Notes: generated from the letters alone by a model not told the origin. A stretch of 62,443 nt of DNA, filler included, from a bacterium (GCA_046331705.1; 4 parts of 4 records of this genome joined end to end with filler, not necessarily neighbours in it); one strand, 5' to 3'. Shown: positions 31,057-41,784, counted from the first letter of the whole stretch. Translations and numbers: made by a program.

Positions 31057-31736
31057 GCGGGTTCTCCGGTTGCGGCTGCCGCGCGGAACACGGCGCCCAT
31101 CTGTGTGATCAACTCTTCGTCGGAGTGCTTGAGCGGATCGCCGAACTTCTCGACCAGCGCCTTGATCGCGACGATTCCGATCGCCGCGGCGTAGGCGCAG
31201 AACGCGAGCCGGCGGGGATCCATTCGCGAGCCGCGTGAGCGCCGGCCGCGGCGCTGGGCGGCGACCTTGCGCTCGGCGCCGCCATAGAGCTGCTCGTTGA
31301 GCGGGCGGATGCGAGCGATCTGCGCCGAGCCGATGAGGCTCTTGGCGTCGTAGAGCTGGACCTGCTGCATCACCAGCCGGAACACGTCGAGCCGCTTGGC
31401 GTAGCGCTCGACGTAGGTTCGGATGATCGCTTCGAGCGCGGCGCCACCATCGGCGGCAGCCTCCACGGCGGCGGCGATCTCGGCTGCCTCGCGCTCGCAT
31501 TCCTCGAGCCAGATCTCGAAGACCAGCTCTTCCTTCGACGCGAAGTGGTAGAGCAGCCCCTGCTTGGTGACGCCGGCCTCGCGGGCGACGGCCTCGAGCG
31601 TCAGGCCCGCGACACCGTCCCGCAGCAGCACGGCGCGCGCGGCCTGCTGGATCTCCTGGCGGGCAGCCGTGCGGCGCCGCGCCAACCGCGCCTCTCGCTG
31701 GGCGGCACTCGGCCGTGCTGGCAGCGATCGCGTCAT
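31053..31736 (-). CDS. TetR/AcrR family transcriptional regulator
   Basis: HTH LTLEAVAREAGVTKQGLLYHFASKEEL. Confidence 0.93.
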   Translation of the reverse strand: MTRSLPARPSAAQREARLARRRTAARQEIQQAARAVLLRDGVAGLTLEAVAREAGVTKQGLLYHFASKEELVFEIWLEECEREAAEIAAAVEAAADGGAALEAIIRTYVERYAKRLDVFRLVMQQVQLYDAKSLIGSAQIARIRPLNEQLYGGAERKVAAQRRGRRSRGSRMDPRRLAFCAYAAAIGIVAIKALVEKFGDPLKHSDEELITQMGAVFRAAAATGEPA

Positions 31737-31745
31737 GATGTACCA

Positions 31746-31787
31746 ACAATATATTTAACTTGACCATTGGTCAAGTCATCGGTCAAG
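31746..31787 (-). promoter_or_regulatory. Sigma70-like promoter overlapped by a perfect palindromic operator (probable TetR site)
   Basis: ACTTGACCA-T-TGGTCAAGT at 31758-31776; minus strand reads TTGACC-N17-TATTGT; extra half-site GGTCAAG at 31781-31787; AT-rich patch. Confidence 0.8.
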
Positions 31788-31993
31788 CCGAGTGGCGAGT
31801 CGCCCGATCTCCAGCGCAGGGGCGTTCGCGTCGCCCGAACGGAACGGACGCGCGCGAGCCGGCGTCGGACGAATCGTTTCCGTCGCGCTGGCGCGTCGGC
31901 AGAAATCGGGGTCGGAGACGGGAGCGGGCGCGGCTCTGGTGCGCTTGGGGCGCTCTTCGCCGACGGTTGCGAGAGCGCGACCGCGGATGTCCG

Positions 31994-32294
31994 TCAGCCG
32001 CGTGCTGCCGGCGCAGGTTCGCGGGCGAGCAGCCGCGCCGCAGCGCCGGCATACGCGACCTCCACGAACAGGATCGCCACCAGAAGCGGGTGGGGCACGC
32101 CGTCGACGGCGAGGCTCACGACGCGCCCGAGCGCGAAGCCGCCCATGAAGACCGCGAGCGCCGCCAGCGCCGTTCGAGCGTGCTCGGCGCGTCGGGCGCC
32201 GAGCTCGAAGAGCACCGCGAACGCGACGAGGAGGCCGCCGTAAGCCGAGCGGATGATCGCGAGCTCGGTCACCGAGCGAAGGGTGACGCCGTAG
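31994..32294 (-). CDS. DUF4345-like membrane protein (5' end truncated)
   Basis: IRSAYGG, GGFALGRVVSL..DGVP, EV pattern. Confidence 0.65.
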
Positions 32295-32394
32295 NNNNNN
32301 NNNNNNNNNNNNNNNNNNNNNNNNNNNNNNNNNNNNNNTTAATTAATTAANNNNNNNNNNNNNNNNNNNNNNNNNNNNNNNNNNNNNNNNNNNN
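32295..32394. other. Artificial contig linker
   Basis: N44-TTAATTAATTAA-N44. Confidence 0.98.
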
Positions 32395-32530
32395 CGCGGA
32401 TCGTGAGGTTCACGTCCACCAGCACCGGCACGTCGCTGGCGCCGCGGTGGTACGTCTTGCTCAGCCCGCGGATCTCGACGAGCGGCGGCGCGGGCGCCGT
32501 CGTCGGCGTGTTCGCGCCGGCGTCGTTCAC
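32395..32530 (-). CDS. MacB/LolD-type ABC ATPase, N-terminal fragment
   Basis: LVEIRGLSKTYHRGASDVPVLVDVNLTI; GTGA overlap with the adaptor gene; cut by linker. Confidence 0.75.
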
Positions 32531-33729
32531 GACTTGACGCGTACGCGCTGACCGGCGCGCAGCTCCGCGGGCGGCTGATCGATGACGAACGTGCCTTCGG
32601 CCGCGCCTTCGAGCACCACCAGGAAGCCCGCGTCGGCGGGCTCGGTGCGGACTGGCTTCTCCACCACCACGTCGTTCTCGACCTCGAGGACCACGCTGCG
32701 GCCACCGCGCTGCACCACCGCGGAGACTGGCAGCGCGGGTTTGACCTGGATCGCCGCCTTGGGCGGCTCGGTCACGAACGTGACCTTGGCCGACATGTCC
32801 GGGCGCAGGTCTCGCGACGGCTCGCGAATGCGCGCCTTCACCGGCACCACGGATTTCTTGCGGTCCGCCATCGCGCCGATCTCGAAGACCTCGGCGAGAT
32901 AGCGGCGCTCGGGAATCGCCTCCGGCGTCACGATCGCGGGCCCACCCATCCGCACCTTGGTGATCTCGGTCTCGTTGATCTCGAGCTCCACGTCGATCGC
33001 CGAGAGATCGGCCATCGTCACCACCGACGAGCCGGGATCGCCCTCGGCGGTGACGCCCAGGGTCAGGAACTCGCCCACGTCGCGGATCTTGCGGATCACC
33101 GTGCCGTCGATCGGCGCGGTGACCATCGTGTCCGCGAGCGCCACCCGCGCCAGCTCGAGCCGCGCCCGCGCCACCCGCACGTTCGTCTCCGCCTTGTCGA
33201 GGTCCGCCTGCGACGCGATCCGCGACTGGGTCAGCTCGCGGGTGCGCCGGACGTCGAGCTCGGCCTGCGCGAGCTCCGCCTCGGCCACCTTCACCTGCGC
33301 GCGTTGCTCGTCGTCCTGGACTCGCGCGATGAGATCGCCCTCGTGGAGCTCGGTCGTGATCTCCACCGGCATCTCCACGATCTTTCCCTGCGTCTTGCTG
33401 CTCACCGTGATCTGCCGCTTCGCCACGATGTAGCCGCTCGCCGTCAGCAACGTGGGTGGCAAGCCGAGATCGCGCGGCGCCACGGAAACCAGCGTCACGT
33501 CCGTGGGCCGCGTGGCGCGCCAATAGGCGATGCCACCGCCGATCGCCGTCGCCAGCGCCAGCAGCACGATCACCTTCACCCACGGAAAACGCCGCCGCCT
33601 GCGCACGCCGGCGGTCCCGGGCGTGCCGAGCCGGAGCAAGCTCAGATCCCGCTCGAGGTCGGGATCGAGCGTGGAAGGTTGGATCGCCTCCTTCGAGGTC
33701 GTCGATGAGCTGGCGCTGGGCGGATTCAC
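32527..33729 (-). CDS. Efflux periplasmic adaptor (MacA/HlyD-like membrane fusion protein)
   Basis: N-terminal TM; TASGYIVA, GKIVE, APIDGTV, LRPDMSAKV. Confidence 0.88.
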   Translation of the reverse strand: MNPPSASSSTTSKEAIQPSTLDPDLERDLSLLRLGTPGTAGVRRRRRFPWVKVIVLLALATAIGGGIAYWRATRPTDVTLVSVAPRDLGLPPTLLTASGYIVAKRQITVSSKTQGKIVEMPVEITTELHEGDLIARVQDDEQRAQVKVAEAELAQAELDVRRTRELTQSRIASQADLDKAETNVRVARARLELARVALADTMVTAPIDGTVIRKIRDVGEFLTLGVTAEGDPGSSVVTMADLSAIDVELEINETEITKVRMGGPAIVTPEAIPERRYLAEVFEIGAMADRKKSVVPVKARIREPSRDLRPDMSAKVTFVTEPPKAAIQVKPALPVSAVVQRGGRSVVLEVENDVVVEKPVRTEPADAGFLVVLEGAAEGTFVIDQPPAELRAGQRVRVKS

Positions 33730-33968
33730 GGCGGCGAAGTCTATCCCGCGCGTCGCAATCGGTCCGCGGGAGGTGTTCTCGCTTCGCCTGAGCCTGTCAC
33801 GGATCGGCCAGTGCCGATTGGGCTAGCGCCCTCGGATCTCCGCTGCGGACCGAGCGCCGCCGCCAACCGGATCGCCGTGGAGTCGATTCCTGCCGTCGGT
33901 CGGCTCACTCGACCGCCGCGATGCGTGGTCGTGATCGATTCGATCGGAGGGGGCTTGGGCCGCAGCGA

Positions 33969-35006
33969 TCAGGGGTGAGCGGGCGCGGGCGGCGCGAGCT
34001 CGGTCTCGACGTGGCGGAGAACGTCGCGGAGCACGGCGGGGCCCACCCGCGGTCGCGCCAGCGCGTCGCTGAGCAGCCGTCGCCAGCGGCGGGCACCCGG
34101 TCGCGCGTGGAAGAGCGGCAGCAGGTGACGGTAGACGGCGCGAAGCGTGGTGCGATCGCCGACGGTGCGCGCGGCGTACTCGACCATCGCTTCGACGAGC
34201 GCGTGTGGATCGCGCGCGCCAGTGGGTGCGGCGCTCTCGCCGAAGATGCGCTCGTCGACCTCGCCGAGCCAGCGGGGATCGTCGTAGGCGGCGCGTCCGA
34301 CCATCACGCCGTCGACGTGGTCGAGCTGGGCGAGTGACGCGTCGATGCCCGCCACGCCGCCGTTGAGCACGATCTCGAGCTGGGGAAGCTCGCGCTTCAA
34401 GCGATGGACGTCCTCGTAGCGCAGCGGCGGAACCGTGCGGTTCTCCGCGGGCGAGAGTCCGTTCAGCCATGCCTTGCGCGCGTGGACCGCGAAGCGGGTG
34501 ACGCCAGCCGCGCTCACGATCGCGACGAAGCGCGCCATGTCCTCGTAGCGATCCAGCTCGTCCACGCCGATGCGGTGCTTGATCGTGACCGGCACGCTCA
34601 CCGCGGCGCGCATCGCCGCCGCCAGCTCGGCCACCCGCTCGGGCTCGCGCATGAGCACGGCGCCGAAGCAGCCTTCCTGCACCCGTTCGGACGGGCAGCC
34701 GACGTTCAAGTTGATCTCGTCGTAGCCGCGCTCGGCGGCGATGCGCGCCGCCTCGGCGAGCTTGCGCGGGTCGTCGCCGCCGAGCTGGATCGCGACGGGA
34801 TGCTCGATGGCGTCGAAGCCGATGTAGCGCTCGAGGCGGCCGTCGGCGACGTGGTGGAGGATCGTGTCCGCCACCACCATCTCGGTGTAGAGCAACGTCC
34901 GGCGCGTGAGCTGGCGCGCGAACCACCGGAAGTGCCGGTCGGTCCGGTCCATCATCGGCGCGATGCTGAACGCATGCGCGGGACGCCGCGTGCGGGTGCT
35001 GGTCAT
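33969..35006 (-). CDS. dusA: tRNA dihydrouridine(20/20a) synthase
   Basis: SIAPMMDRTDRHFR, LYTEM, QLGG, INLNVGCPS.RVQ.G.FGA, KHRIG, VHARKAWL.GLSP.ENR. Confidence 0.93.
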   Translation of the reverse strand: MTSTRTRRPAHAFSIAPMMDRTDRHFRWFARQLTRRTLLYTEMVVADTILHHVADGRLERYIGFDAIEHPVAIQLGGDDPRKLAEAARIAAERGYDEINLNVGCPSERVQEGCFGAVLMREPERVAELAAAMRAAVSVPVTIKHRIGVDELDRYEDMARFVAIVSAAGVTRFAVHARKAWLNGLSPAENRTVPPLRYEDVHRLKRELPQLEIVLNGGVAGIDASLAQLDHVDGVMVGRAAYDDPRWLGEVDERIFGESAAPTGARDPHALVEAMVEYAARTVGDRTTLRAVYRHLLPLFHARPGARRWRRLLSDALARPRVGPAVLRDVLRHVETELAPPAPAHP

Positions 35007-35448
35007 GGCGATGAGATCCGGCGGCGCTGGCGCGAGCCGGTTCCGCGGCAATCAACCCAACGCGCAGGAAAGCGTCCAGTGCGCGACGCCGCGTACGCTC
35101 GTGGGTGTCTCGTCGAAGCGGCGGGATGACACGATCGGGTACGTTGCCGCGCGAGGGGAGAGCAAGGAAGGGTGCGACGGTGACGATCACACGGTCACGT
35201 GTAGGGTCACGTGGTGTGTTCTGGGCGCGCCGGTCGAATCGCGATACGAGGCGCCGATGCGAGCTGCATTCGACGGGCCTCGGGACAAACGGCAGGGTGC
35301 TTGACCTGGGACCCGAATCATGGGCTCATTAGCCCTTCCTAACCGCATCCGGCGCCAGCAATCTCGAGTTCCGAGCAGCCGACGCCCGATGGGCGGTGCT
35401 CTGGCCGGGGCTCGGATCGCCGGCAGCTGACGCCCAGCGAGGAATTTC

Positions 35449-36555
35449 ATGGCGGTGTACCAAGGCAAGTCGACGATCGTTTGGATCGAGGCGCTCAAGA
35501 ATCGCGATCCCGAGGTTCGCGTCGCGGCGATCGACGCCCTCGTGAAGATCGGCATGGCCGCGGTTCCGGACCTGATCGACGCGCTCGGCGAGCAGAGCGT
35601 GGACGTCGTGACCGGCTCGGCTCAGGCGCTGGCACGCATCGGCACGGCCGCGCGTCCCGCGCTTCCCGCGTTGCAGGCCGCGCTGAAGCACCGCCTTCCG
35701 GAGGTGCGCGCCGAGGCGGCGTTCGCGTTGGCCAAGATCTCGAACGAGGCGCTGCTGAAGGCGCTCGCCAGCCCCGAGGCCGGCGTTCGCGCGTGCGCCG
35801 CCGAGGCGCTCGGGCGACTCGGCACCGAGGTCCGCGACTGCATCAAGCTGCTGCTCGCGGCACTCCAGGACGCGGACCCGATCGTGCGCGAGGCGGCAGT
35901 GCAGAGCCTGGGGCGGTTGGGCCCCGGTGCGGTGGAAGCGTTGCCCACGCTCATCGCCATGGCGCGTAGCGCGGACGCTCGAATCAAGCCGTCGCTGCTG
36001 CTGGCGCTGGGAGCCATGGGCGCCCAGGCGGTGGACGCCGTGCCGGTGCTGGTGGATGCCCTCGACATCGAGGGATTTCGCGGCGCGGCGGCACGCGCGC
36101 TCGCCGGGATCGGACCCGCGGCGAAGCCGGCGATCCCCAAGCTCAAGAACATGCTGAGCGACGCGAGCCTGCGCTACATCGCCGCGGGGGCCATGGTGAC
36201 CATCGGCGCGGAAGCGTCGTCGACCGTCCCGGTCCTCATCGAGGGATTGGCGGATGCGCGGGTCCGCGAGGCGTGCATCGAGTTCCTGGGACGAGTGGGC
36301 TGGGCGGCGCGACCGGCGGTCGAGCCGTTGACCGCGTTGCTCAAGCACGACGATCCGCGGGTGCGCACGCTCACCGCGAAGTCGCTCGGCCTGATCGGCC
36401 CGGCCGCCAAGCCGGCGCTGGGTGCGCTCCGCAAGCTCGTGAAGACCAAGGACGAAGCGGAGAAGCAGGCGGCGCTCGAGGCGCTCGATCGCATCAATCC
36501 CAAGGCGCGCCTCGGCGGCCCTTCGTTTCTCGACAAGATGCTGCGGCGCGCGTAG
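35449..36555 (+). CDS. HEAT/PBS-lyase repeat protein
   Basis: Repeated DP.VR..AA..LG..GP.A..A.P.L units. Confidence 0.85.
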   Translation: MAVYQGKSTIVWIEALKNRDPEVRVAAIDALVKIGMAAVPDLIDALGEQSVDVVTGSAQALARIGTAARPALPALQAALKHRLPEVRAEAAFALAKISNEALLKALASPEAGVRACAAEALGRLGTEVRDCIKLLLAALQDADPIVREAAVQSLGRLGPGAVEALPTLIAMARSADARIKPSLLLALGAMGAQAVDAVPVLVDALDIEGFRGAAARALAGIGPAAKPAIPKLKNMLSDASLRYIAAGAMVTIGAEASSTVPVLIEGLADARVREACIEFLGRVGWAARPAVEPLTALLKHDDPRVRTLTAKSLGLIGPAAKPALGALRKLVKTKDEAEKQAALEALDRINPKARLGGPSFLDKMLRRA

Positions 36556-36612
36556 GCGTTGCGTCGCGCGCGCGGGTCGTGCCGAGACCGTGCCGAGACC
36601 GAGGCCGGTGCG

Positions 36613-39021
36613 TCAGTTCGCGTTGCGGCTCGCGTCTTCCATCACTGCCTGCCAGCGGAGCGAAGGCTCGTTCGCGGCTCTGCGTGCCTCGCGCTCGTGC
36701 GCGCTCAGCACGGCGGCGAGCCGCGGCGCCTGATCGGGATCGAGGAAGTTCATGCCGCGGGTGGCCAGGCCGCAGTTGGTGCCCGGCAACGAGATCTCCT
36801 CCGGCACCAGGCGCGCGCGCTGCTCGTAGGGATCGAGGTCGGGCGTGGACGTGAAGAGATCCCACATCGGCTGCGCCAGCTCGTCGTAGATCGTGAGCGG
36901 ATCGAGCCCGAGCAGGTGCTCGACGGAAGCGAGCAGGCTGCCCTCGTGGGCGATCACGTGCGACACGTGGCCGCGCCGGGCGTAGGGCGACACCGCCACG
37001 AAGATCGAGCGGTGAGCGTCGACGTGATCGTCGCCCGATTGGGGGTCGTCCTCGACGATGAACGCCACCGAGGACTCCCAGTACTTGCTGTGGGTGAGCC
37101 AGTCGACGAAGCGTCCGGTGGCGAGGTCGTTATCGGCCACCATCGAGCGCGGCGAGGGGTAGAGCGGGTCGCAGCCGAGCGTGTGATCGTCGGGCAGCAA
37201 CATGTACACGAACGGCGGCACGCCTTCGTCTTCCCACTCGGCGATGCGGCCCTCGATCTTGTCGACGTCGCGCGTGTACTGCCAGAAGAACGGTGGATCG
37301 ACCGGGCTCGAGTGGATGTAGCGGGTGTCGAAGATGAGCTTGCCGATCCACGTGCCCACCGCCTCGCCGTAGATGCGAAACGGGATCTGCTTCGCGAGCA
37401 GCGCCTGGAAGATGTACTGGCGCTTCGGCCAGACCGCCGGGTTCAGGTAGATCTCCGCCTCGAAGGGCAGCGGCCGGTCGGCGGCGAAGCGCACCTTCTC
37501 CACGTACACGTTCGAGAGCGACGAGGTGAGGAGCTGGTGCCCCTGGTCCGAGGTCTCGGCGTTGGTGTAGTAGTTGTCGACGCTCGCGAAGCGCTCGACC
37601 AACGCGTGCAGGTTGGGCGTGGGATCGCCGCAGTAGAGGCAGTTCGCGGGCTCGCCGTCCCCGCCAGCGAAATCCCCCAGCAGCGCGTCGTAGGTCTTGT
37701 TCTCGCGCACCACCAGGAACACGTGCTCGATCGGTGTCCGGCCGCCGCGCTCGAGCGGGATCGGGTTGTCGAAGGCCTCGGCGTTCACGTCGTAGAGATG
37801 CGCCGCGCGCGCGGCGAGCGCATCGCTGCGCTCGGCGAGGCTCGCGAGCTCGGCATCGCTCGGTAGGTCGACGAGCTGCACCGTCGCCTGGTTCACGAGG
37901 TCGTTCGAGCCGACGTCGCTCGGCCCGGTTCCCGTCCCCTTGCCATTGGCGACGTAGAGGCGACGGCCGTCGGGCGAAACCGCCACGGCGGTCGGATACC
38001 ACGCGGTGGGGATGGCGCCGATCACGCGACCTTCGCCGACGTCCACCACCGCGACTCGATTGTCCGCGGCCTGCGCCACGTAGAGCCGCTTGCCGTCCGG
38101 CGAGAACGCGAGGCCGTTCGGACCCGTGCCGTAGCCCTGCGCGTTGATGGTGCGCAGGTCGAGCGTCGACAGCACCTTGCGCTTGCGCACGTCGATGACC
38201 GAGAGCGAGTCCTCGTCCGAGTTCGCGACGTAGAGCCGCGTGCCGTCGCGGCTCAGGGCGAGCGCCTCGGGGTTCTTCTGAACGGCGATCGAGGCCACCG
38301 AACGCATGGCGCGCGGATCGCGCACGTCGAAGACGTCCACCGTTCCGTTCTTCTCGGACGTGACGAACGCCTCGGCGCCGTCGCTCGACAGCACCACCGC
38401 GTACGGATTGCCGCCGGTGCCGGTGTGCCCGAGCTCGACGCCGCTCGCCGCGTCGAACGCCGCGAGGCCGTTGCTCGATTCGGTGAGCACGAAGAGCGTG
38501 GCGCCGTCCGCGCTCAGCGCGAGGCCCGCGGGAAACTCGCCTGCCGGAAAGCCGCCACGCTCGGTGAGCGCCGCGCCGTCCCAATCGAGGATCACGATGC
38601 GCTCGGCACCGCCGCCGCTGGCGTAGAGCGTCCGACCATCGGGAGCCAGCACCAATCCCAGGTAGAGCCCGTCGCGCTCCTCGATCGAGGCCGCGATGGT
38701 CCCGGTGGTCGTGTCCAGCGCGCTCACGGCGAGACGACCGTCGTCGTCGTTCGAGGTGACGAACAAGGTGCGACCGTCGGGGCTGAGCACGACGGCGAGC
38801 GGCAAGCCGTCCACGTTCACCATCGTGCCGAGCGGCTCGATGCGCCGGCCGTTGGGAAGGATCCAGCTGCCCGATCCCGCCGGGCCAACGCGCAGCGTGG
38901 CCTCGTCGCGAACGGAGATCCCGCCGCCGCGCGTCGTCGGCGAGTCGCTCGAGCATCCGGCGAAGACCAGCGCGCCGAAGGCGAGGGCGCGCGCCGCTGT
39001 CCGTGGAATCGACCAACGCAT
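36613..39021 (-). CDS. YVTN/YncE beta-propeller + phosphoesterase (alkaline phosphatase superfamily) lipoprotein
   Basis: Lipobox FAGC; propeller repeats P....SPDG..LYV; IEHVFLVVRENKTYD, TPNLH, PDDHT, VADNDLA, EDDPQSGDDHVDAHRS. Confidence 0.85.
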   Translation of the reverse strand: MRWSIPRTAARALAFGALVFAGCSSDSPTTRGGGISVRDEATLRVGPAGSGSWILPNGRRIEPLGTMVNVDGLPLAVVLSPDGRTLFVTSNDDDGRLAVSALDTTTGTIAASIEERDGLYLGLVLAPDGRTLYASGGGAERIVILDWDGAALTERGGFPAGEFPAGLALSADGATLFVLTESSNGLAAFDAASGVELGHTGTGGNPYAVVLSSDGAEAFVTSEKNGTVDVFDVRDPRAMRSVASIAVQKNPEALALSRDGTRLYVANSDEDSLSVIDVRKRKVLSTLDLRTINAQGYGTGPNGLAFSPDGKRLYVAQAADNRVAVVDVGEGRVIGAIPTAWYPTAVAVSPDGRRLYVANGKGTGTGPSDVGSNDLVNQATVQLVDLPSDAELASLAERSDALAARAAHLYDVNAEAFDNPIPLERGGRTPIEHVFLVVRENKTYDALLGDFAGGDGEPANCLYCGDPTPNLHALVERFASVDNYYTNAETSDQGHQLLTSSLSNVYVEKVRFAADRPLPFEAEIYLNPAVWPKRQYIFQALLAKQIPFRIYGEAVGTWIGKLIFDTRYIHSSPVDPPFFWQYTRDVDKIEGRIAEWEDEGVPPFVYMLLPDDHTLGCDPLYPSPRSMVADNDLATGRFVDWLTHSKYWESSVAFIVEDDPQSGDDHVDAHRSIFVAVSPYARRGHVSHVIAHEGSLLASVEHLLGLDPLTIYDELAQPMWDLFTSTPDLDPYEQRARLVPEEISLPGTNCGLATRGMNFLDPDQAPRLAAVLSAHEREARRAANEPSLRWQAVMEDASRNAN

Positions 39022-39121
39022 TGAGCAGCTCTCCGTCGGGGTTCGAGGGCGAACGGTTTTACCAAGAATCGGCGGGCGTCGATTGAAGTTCGGGAAGCAA
39101 CTGTGTGACCATCCGCTCGCC

Positions 39122-41653
39122 ATGCGAATCCTCACCCGAGCGCCATGGAGCGGTGCGCATCTCGTCACGCTGCTGACGCTCGCGTGTGCGTCCGCGGCCT
39201 GCAGCGGCTCGAACGGTGCCGCCAACCCCGCATCCGGCGCGGCGCGCGCGGAAGCGTTTCGCATCTCGAGTGAGTCCGACTTGATCGGTGGGCCCGCGGC
39301 GATCGCCGGTCTGGGCGACTGGATGATTCGCAACGACCGCATTCGCGTGATCGTGGAGGACGCCGGCCCTTCGATCGGTTTCGTCGGCGCCTTTGGTGGC
39401 GGCATCCTCGACGCGGATCTGGTACGGGGCGCGGACGAGCCGGGCAACGATCGCATCACCCAGACGTTCCCCGTGTTCCTGCCGCGGGGTGCCGAGGCCG
39501 AGCGCATCGAGATCGTCGCCGACGGCAGCGACGGCGGCGCGGCCGTGCTGCGCGTGACGGGGCACGACGGCTCGTTCAGCTTCCTTCAGAGCTTCGGCGA
39601 CATCTCGATCCCGGATACGCCCCTCGACCTCGCCTTCACCACCGACTACGTGCTCGCACCCGGCGACGCGCACCTCACGATGCGCACCACACTGGCGAAC
39701 CGCGGTTCCAAGCGCCGCACGGTGATCGTGGGAGACGTGCTGCTCTTCGGCTCGGACTTGCAGATCTTCGGCCCCGGGTACCCGCTCGACGACTTCCCCA
39801 CCCTCGCCACCGTCGATCACCTGGTGGGAATCGGCGCGGGCGCGAGCTACGGCTACGGCACCGCCGCGGGAAAGCTGGTGGTGCCGTTGGTCGACGCGTC
39901 ACAGACCGGCGCGCTCACCAATGGGCTCAAGGGGCTGGCGATCGAGCCCGGCGGCGCGGCGAGCTACGAGCGCTGGTTCGCCCTCGGCAACGGTGACAGC
40001 GTGAGCGCCTCGGCGCAGATCCTGGCGCTGCGCGGCACGGCGACCGGCCACCTCGCGGGCCGCGTCACCAACTCCGACGCGACCGAGCTGGCGCGAGGAG
40101 CGTGGATCGAGCTCTACGGCGCGGACTCGTCCTTCCAGGGCCGAATCGACGTGGCGCCCGACGGCACGTTCGCCGCCGACCTCGTGCCCGCGAGCTACTC
40201 GCTGGTGGCGCGCGCATACGGCCGCCATCCGTCGAGCTTCGCCATGGCGGACGTGAGCACCGCTGCCACCACCACGCGAGATCTCGTCCTCGGCACCACC
40301 GGATCGGTCGAGTACCGCCTCACCGCCAGCGGCGCACCGTCGCCCGGCAAGCTCGTCTTCGAGGCGTACGGCGAGAACGGCGCCTTGGATTCGAGTCTCG
40401 ATCCCGACCTCGGCCCGCGCAACACCGCCGACGCGAGCGGCAACTACGTCTACAGCGCCACCGGCAGCGGCAGCGTGGCGGTGCCGCCGGGCACGTATCG
40501 AGTCACGGTCATGCGCGGACCCGAGTACACGCTCAGCGTGACCGATCACCTCGAGGTCCCGGCCGGCGGCAGCGTGCCGCTCGCCGCCGACCTCGAGCGA
40601 GTGGTGGACACCTCCGGCTGGCTCGCCGCCGATTTCCATCAGCACTGCACCAACTCGGACGATTCGCCCGTGGGGCGGCGCGATCGGGTCGTGAGCAACG
40701 TGGCGATGGGGCTCGAATACGTCGCCAGCACCGACCACGACTTCGTGACGAACCTCGACCCGCTCGCCGAGGAGCTCGGCGTGGCGTCGATCTTCCACGC
40801 GATGCCGGGGAACGAGATCTCGACCCTCAACATGGGCCACTTCAACGCCTTCCCGCTGACGCCGGACCCGACCATTCCCGACGGCGGTGCGCTCGATTGG
40901 AACGGCCTCACCGCGGGCGAGATCTACGAGGCCGCCAAGCGCGACCCGGCGCACCCGATCACCATGCTCAACCACGGTCGCTCGGGGCTGCTGGGCCAGC
41001 TCGACTACGTGGGGTACGACCGCACCACCGGCAAGAGCGAGCGGCCCTTCTACACGAACTTCGATTCGATAGAAGTGAACCTGACGCCGGACCTGCTGCT
41101 CGACTGGTACAGCCTCCTGAACCAGGGCTACACCTTCACCGCGGTGGGCAACTCGGATACGCACCGCCTCAAGGGCAGCGAGGTCGGCCAGCTCCGGAAC
41201 TACGTGCGCGTCGCGAGCGACGATCCGCGCGCGATCTCGCCGAAGACCCTCGTCGACGCCTTGCGCGCGCATCGCAGTCAGTGGACGTCGGGGCCGTTCC
41301 TGGTGCTGGAGGTGAACGACCAGGCGCAAGTCGGCGATCAGCTCACCGACACCGATCGCGTCGTGGACGTGCACCTGCGCGTGCTCGCGGCGCCGTGGGT
41401 GGACGTGGACTTCGTCGAGATCGTCGGCAACGGCTTGCCGCTCGCCCACCTCGACGTGCCGGCCTCGACCGCCGTCACCCGTCTCGATGCACGGCTTGCG
41501 CTGCGCCTCACCGAGGACACCTGGCTCGTCGCCACCGCCCTCGGCGACACCCGCGCCTATCCCGCCCAGCTCGAATCGCCCGCAGCGTTCACCAATCCCA
41601 TCTGGGTCGACGTCGACGGCAACGCCCGCTTCGATCCACCCGGGCTTTTCTGA
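39122..41653 (+). CDS. CehA/McbA-family PHP metallohydrolase with beta-sandwich domains (probable lipoprotein)
   Basis: DFHQH..SDDS, STDHD, GNEIS..GHFNAFP, NHGR, GNSDTH, AFTNPIWVDVDG. Confidence 0.82.
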   Translation: MRILTRAPWSGAHLVTLLTLACASAACSGSNGAANPASGAARAEAFRISSESDLIGGPAAIAGLGDWMIRNDRIRVIVEDAGPSIGFVGAFGGGILDADLVRGADEPGNDRITQTFPVFLPRGAEAERIEIVADGSDGGAAVLRVTGHDGSFSFLQSFGDISIPDTPLDLAFTTDYVLAPGDAHLTMRTTLANRGSKRRTVIVGDVLLFGSDLQIFGPGYPLDDFPTLATVDHLVGIGAGASYGYGTAAGKLVVPLVDASQTGALTNGLKGLAIEPGGAASYERWFALGNGDSVSASAQILALRGTATGHLAGRVTNSDATELARGAWIELYGADSSFQGRIDVAPDGTFAADLVPASYSLVARAYGRHPSSFAMADVSTAATTTRDLVLGTTGSVEYRLTASGAPSPGKLVFEAYGENGALDSSLDPDLGPRNTADASGNYVYSATGSGSVAVPPGTYRVTVMRGPEYTLSVTDHLEVPAGGSVPLAADLERVVDTSGWLAADFHQHCTNSDDSPVGRRDRVVSNVAMGLEYVASTDHDFVTNLDPLAEELGVASIFHAMPGNEISTLNMGHFNAFPLTPDPTIPDGGALDWNGLTAGEIYEAAKRDPAHPITMLNHGRSGLLGQLDYVGYDRTTGKSERPFYTNFDSIEVNLTPDLLLDWYSLLNQGYTFTAVGNSDTHRLKGSEVGQLRNYVRVASDDPRAISPKTLVDALRAHRSQWTSGPFLVLEVNDQAQVGDQLTDTDRVVDVHLRVLAAPWVDVDFVEIVGNGLPLAHLDVPASTAVTRLDARLALRLTEDTWLVATALGDTRAYPAQLESPAAFTNPIWVDVDGNARFDPPGLF

Positions 41654-41784
41654 GCAGCGCTCGTACGGCCGTACACCCGGGCGAAGTGCGTCGCCACGTT
41701 GCGTCGAGGAGTTTCCGGCAACGGCGCGCCGCTCGACGGAGACCGCTCGCGAGTCGCGCGCCGAGTCGCCGAGCTCGATCCGGT

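Noticed and set aside
36578-36602. Short tandem repeat GTGCCGAGACC x2 between convergent genes
   Set aside because: Only two copies with no spacers; not a CRISPR array.
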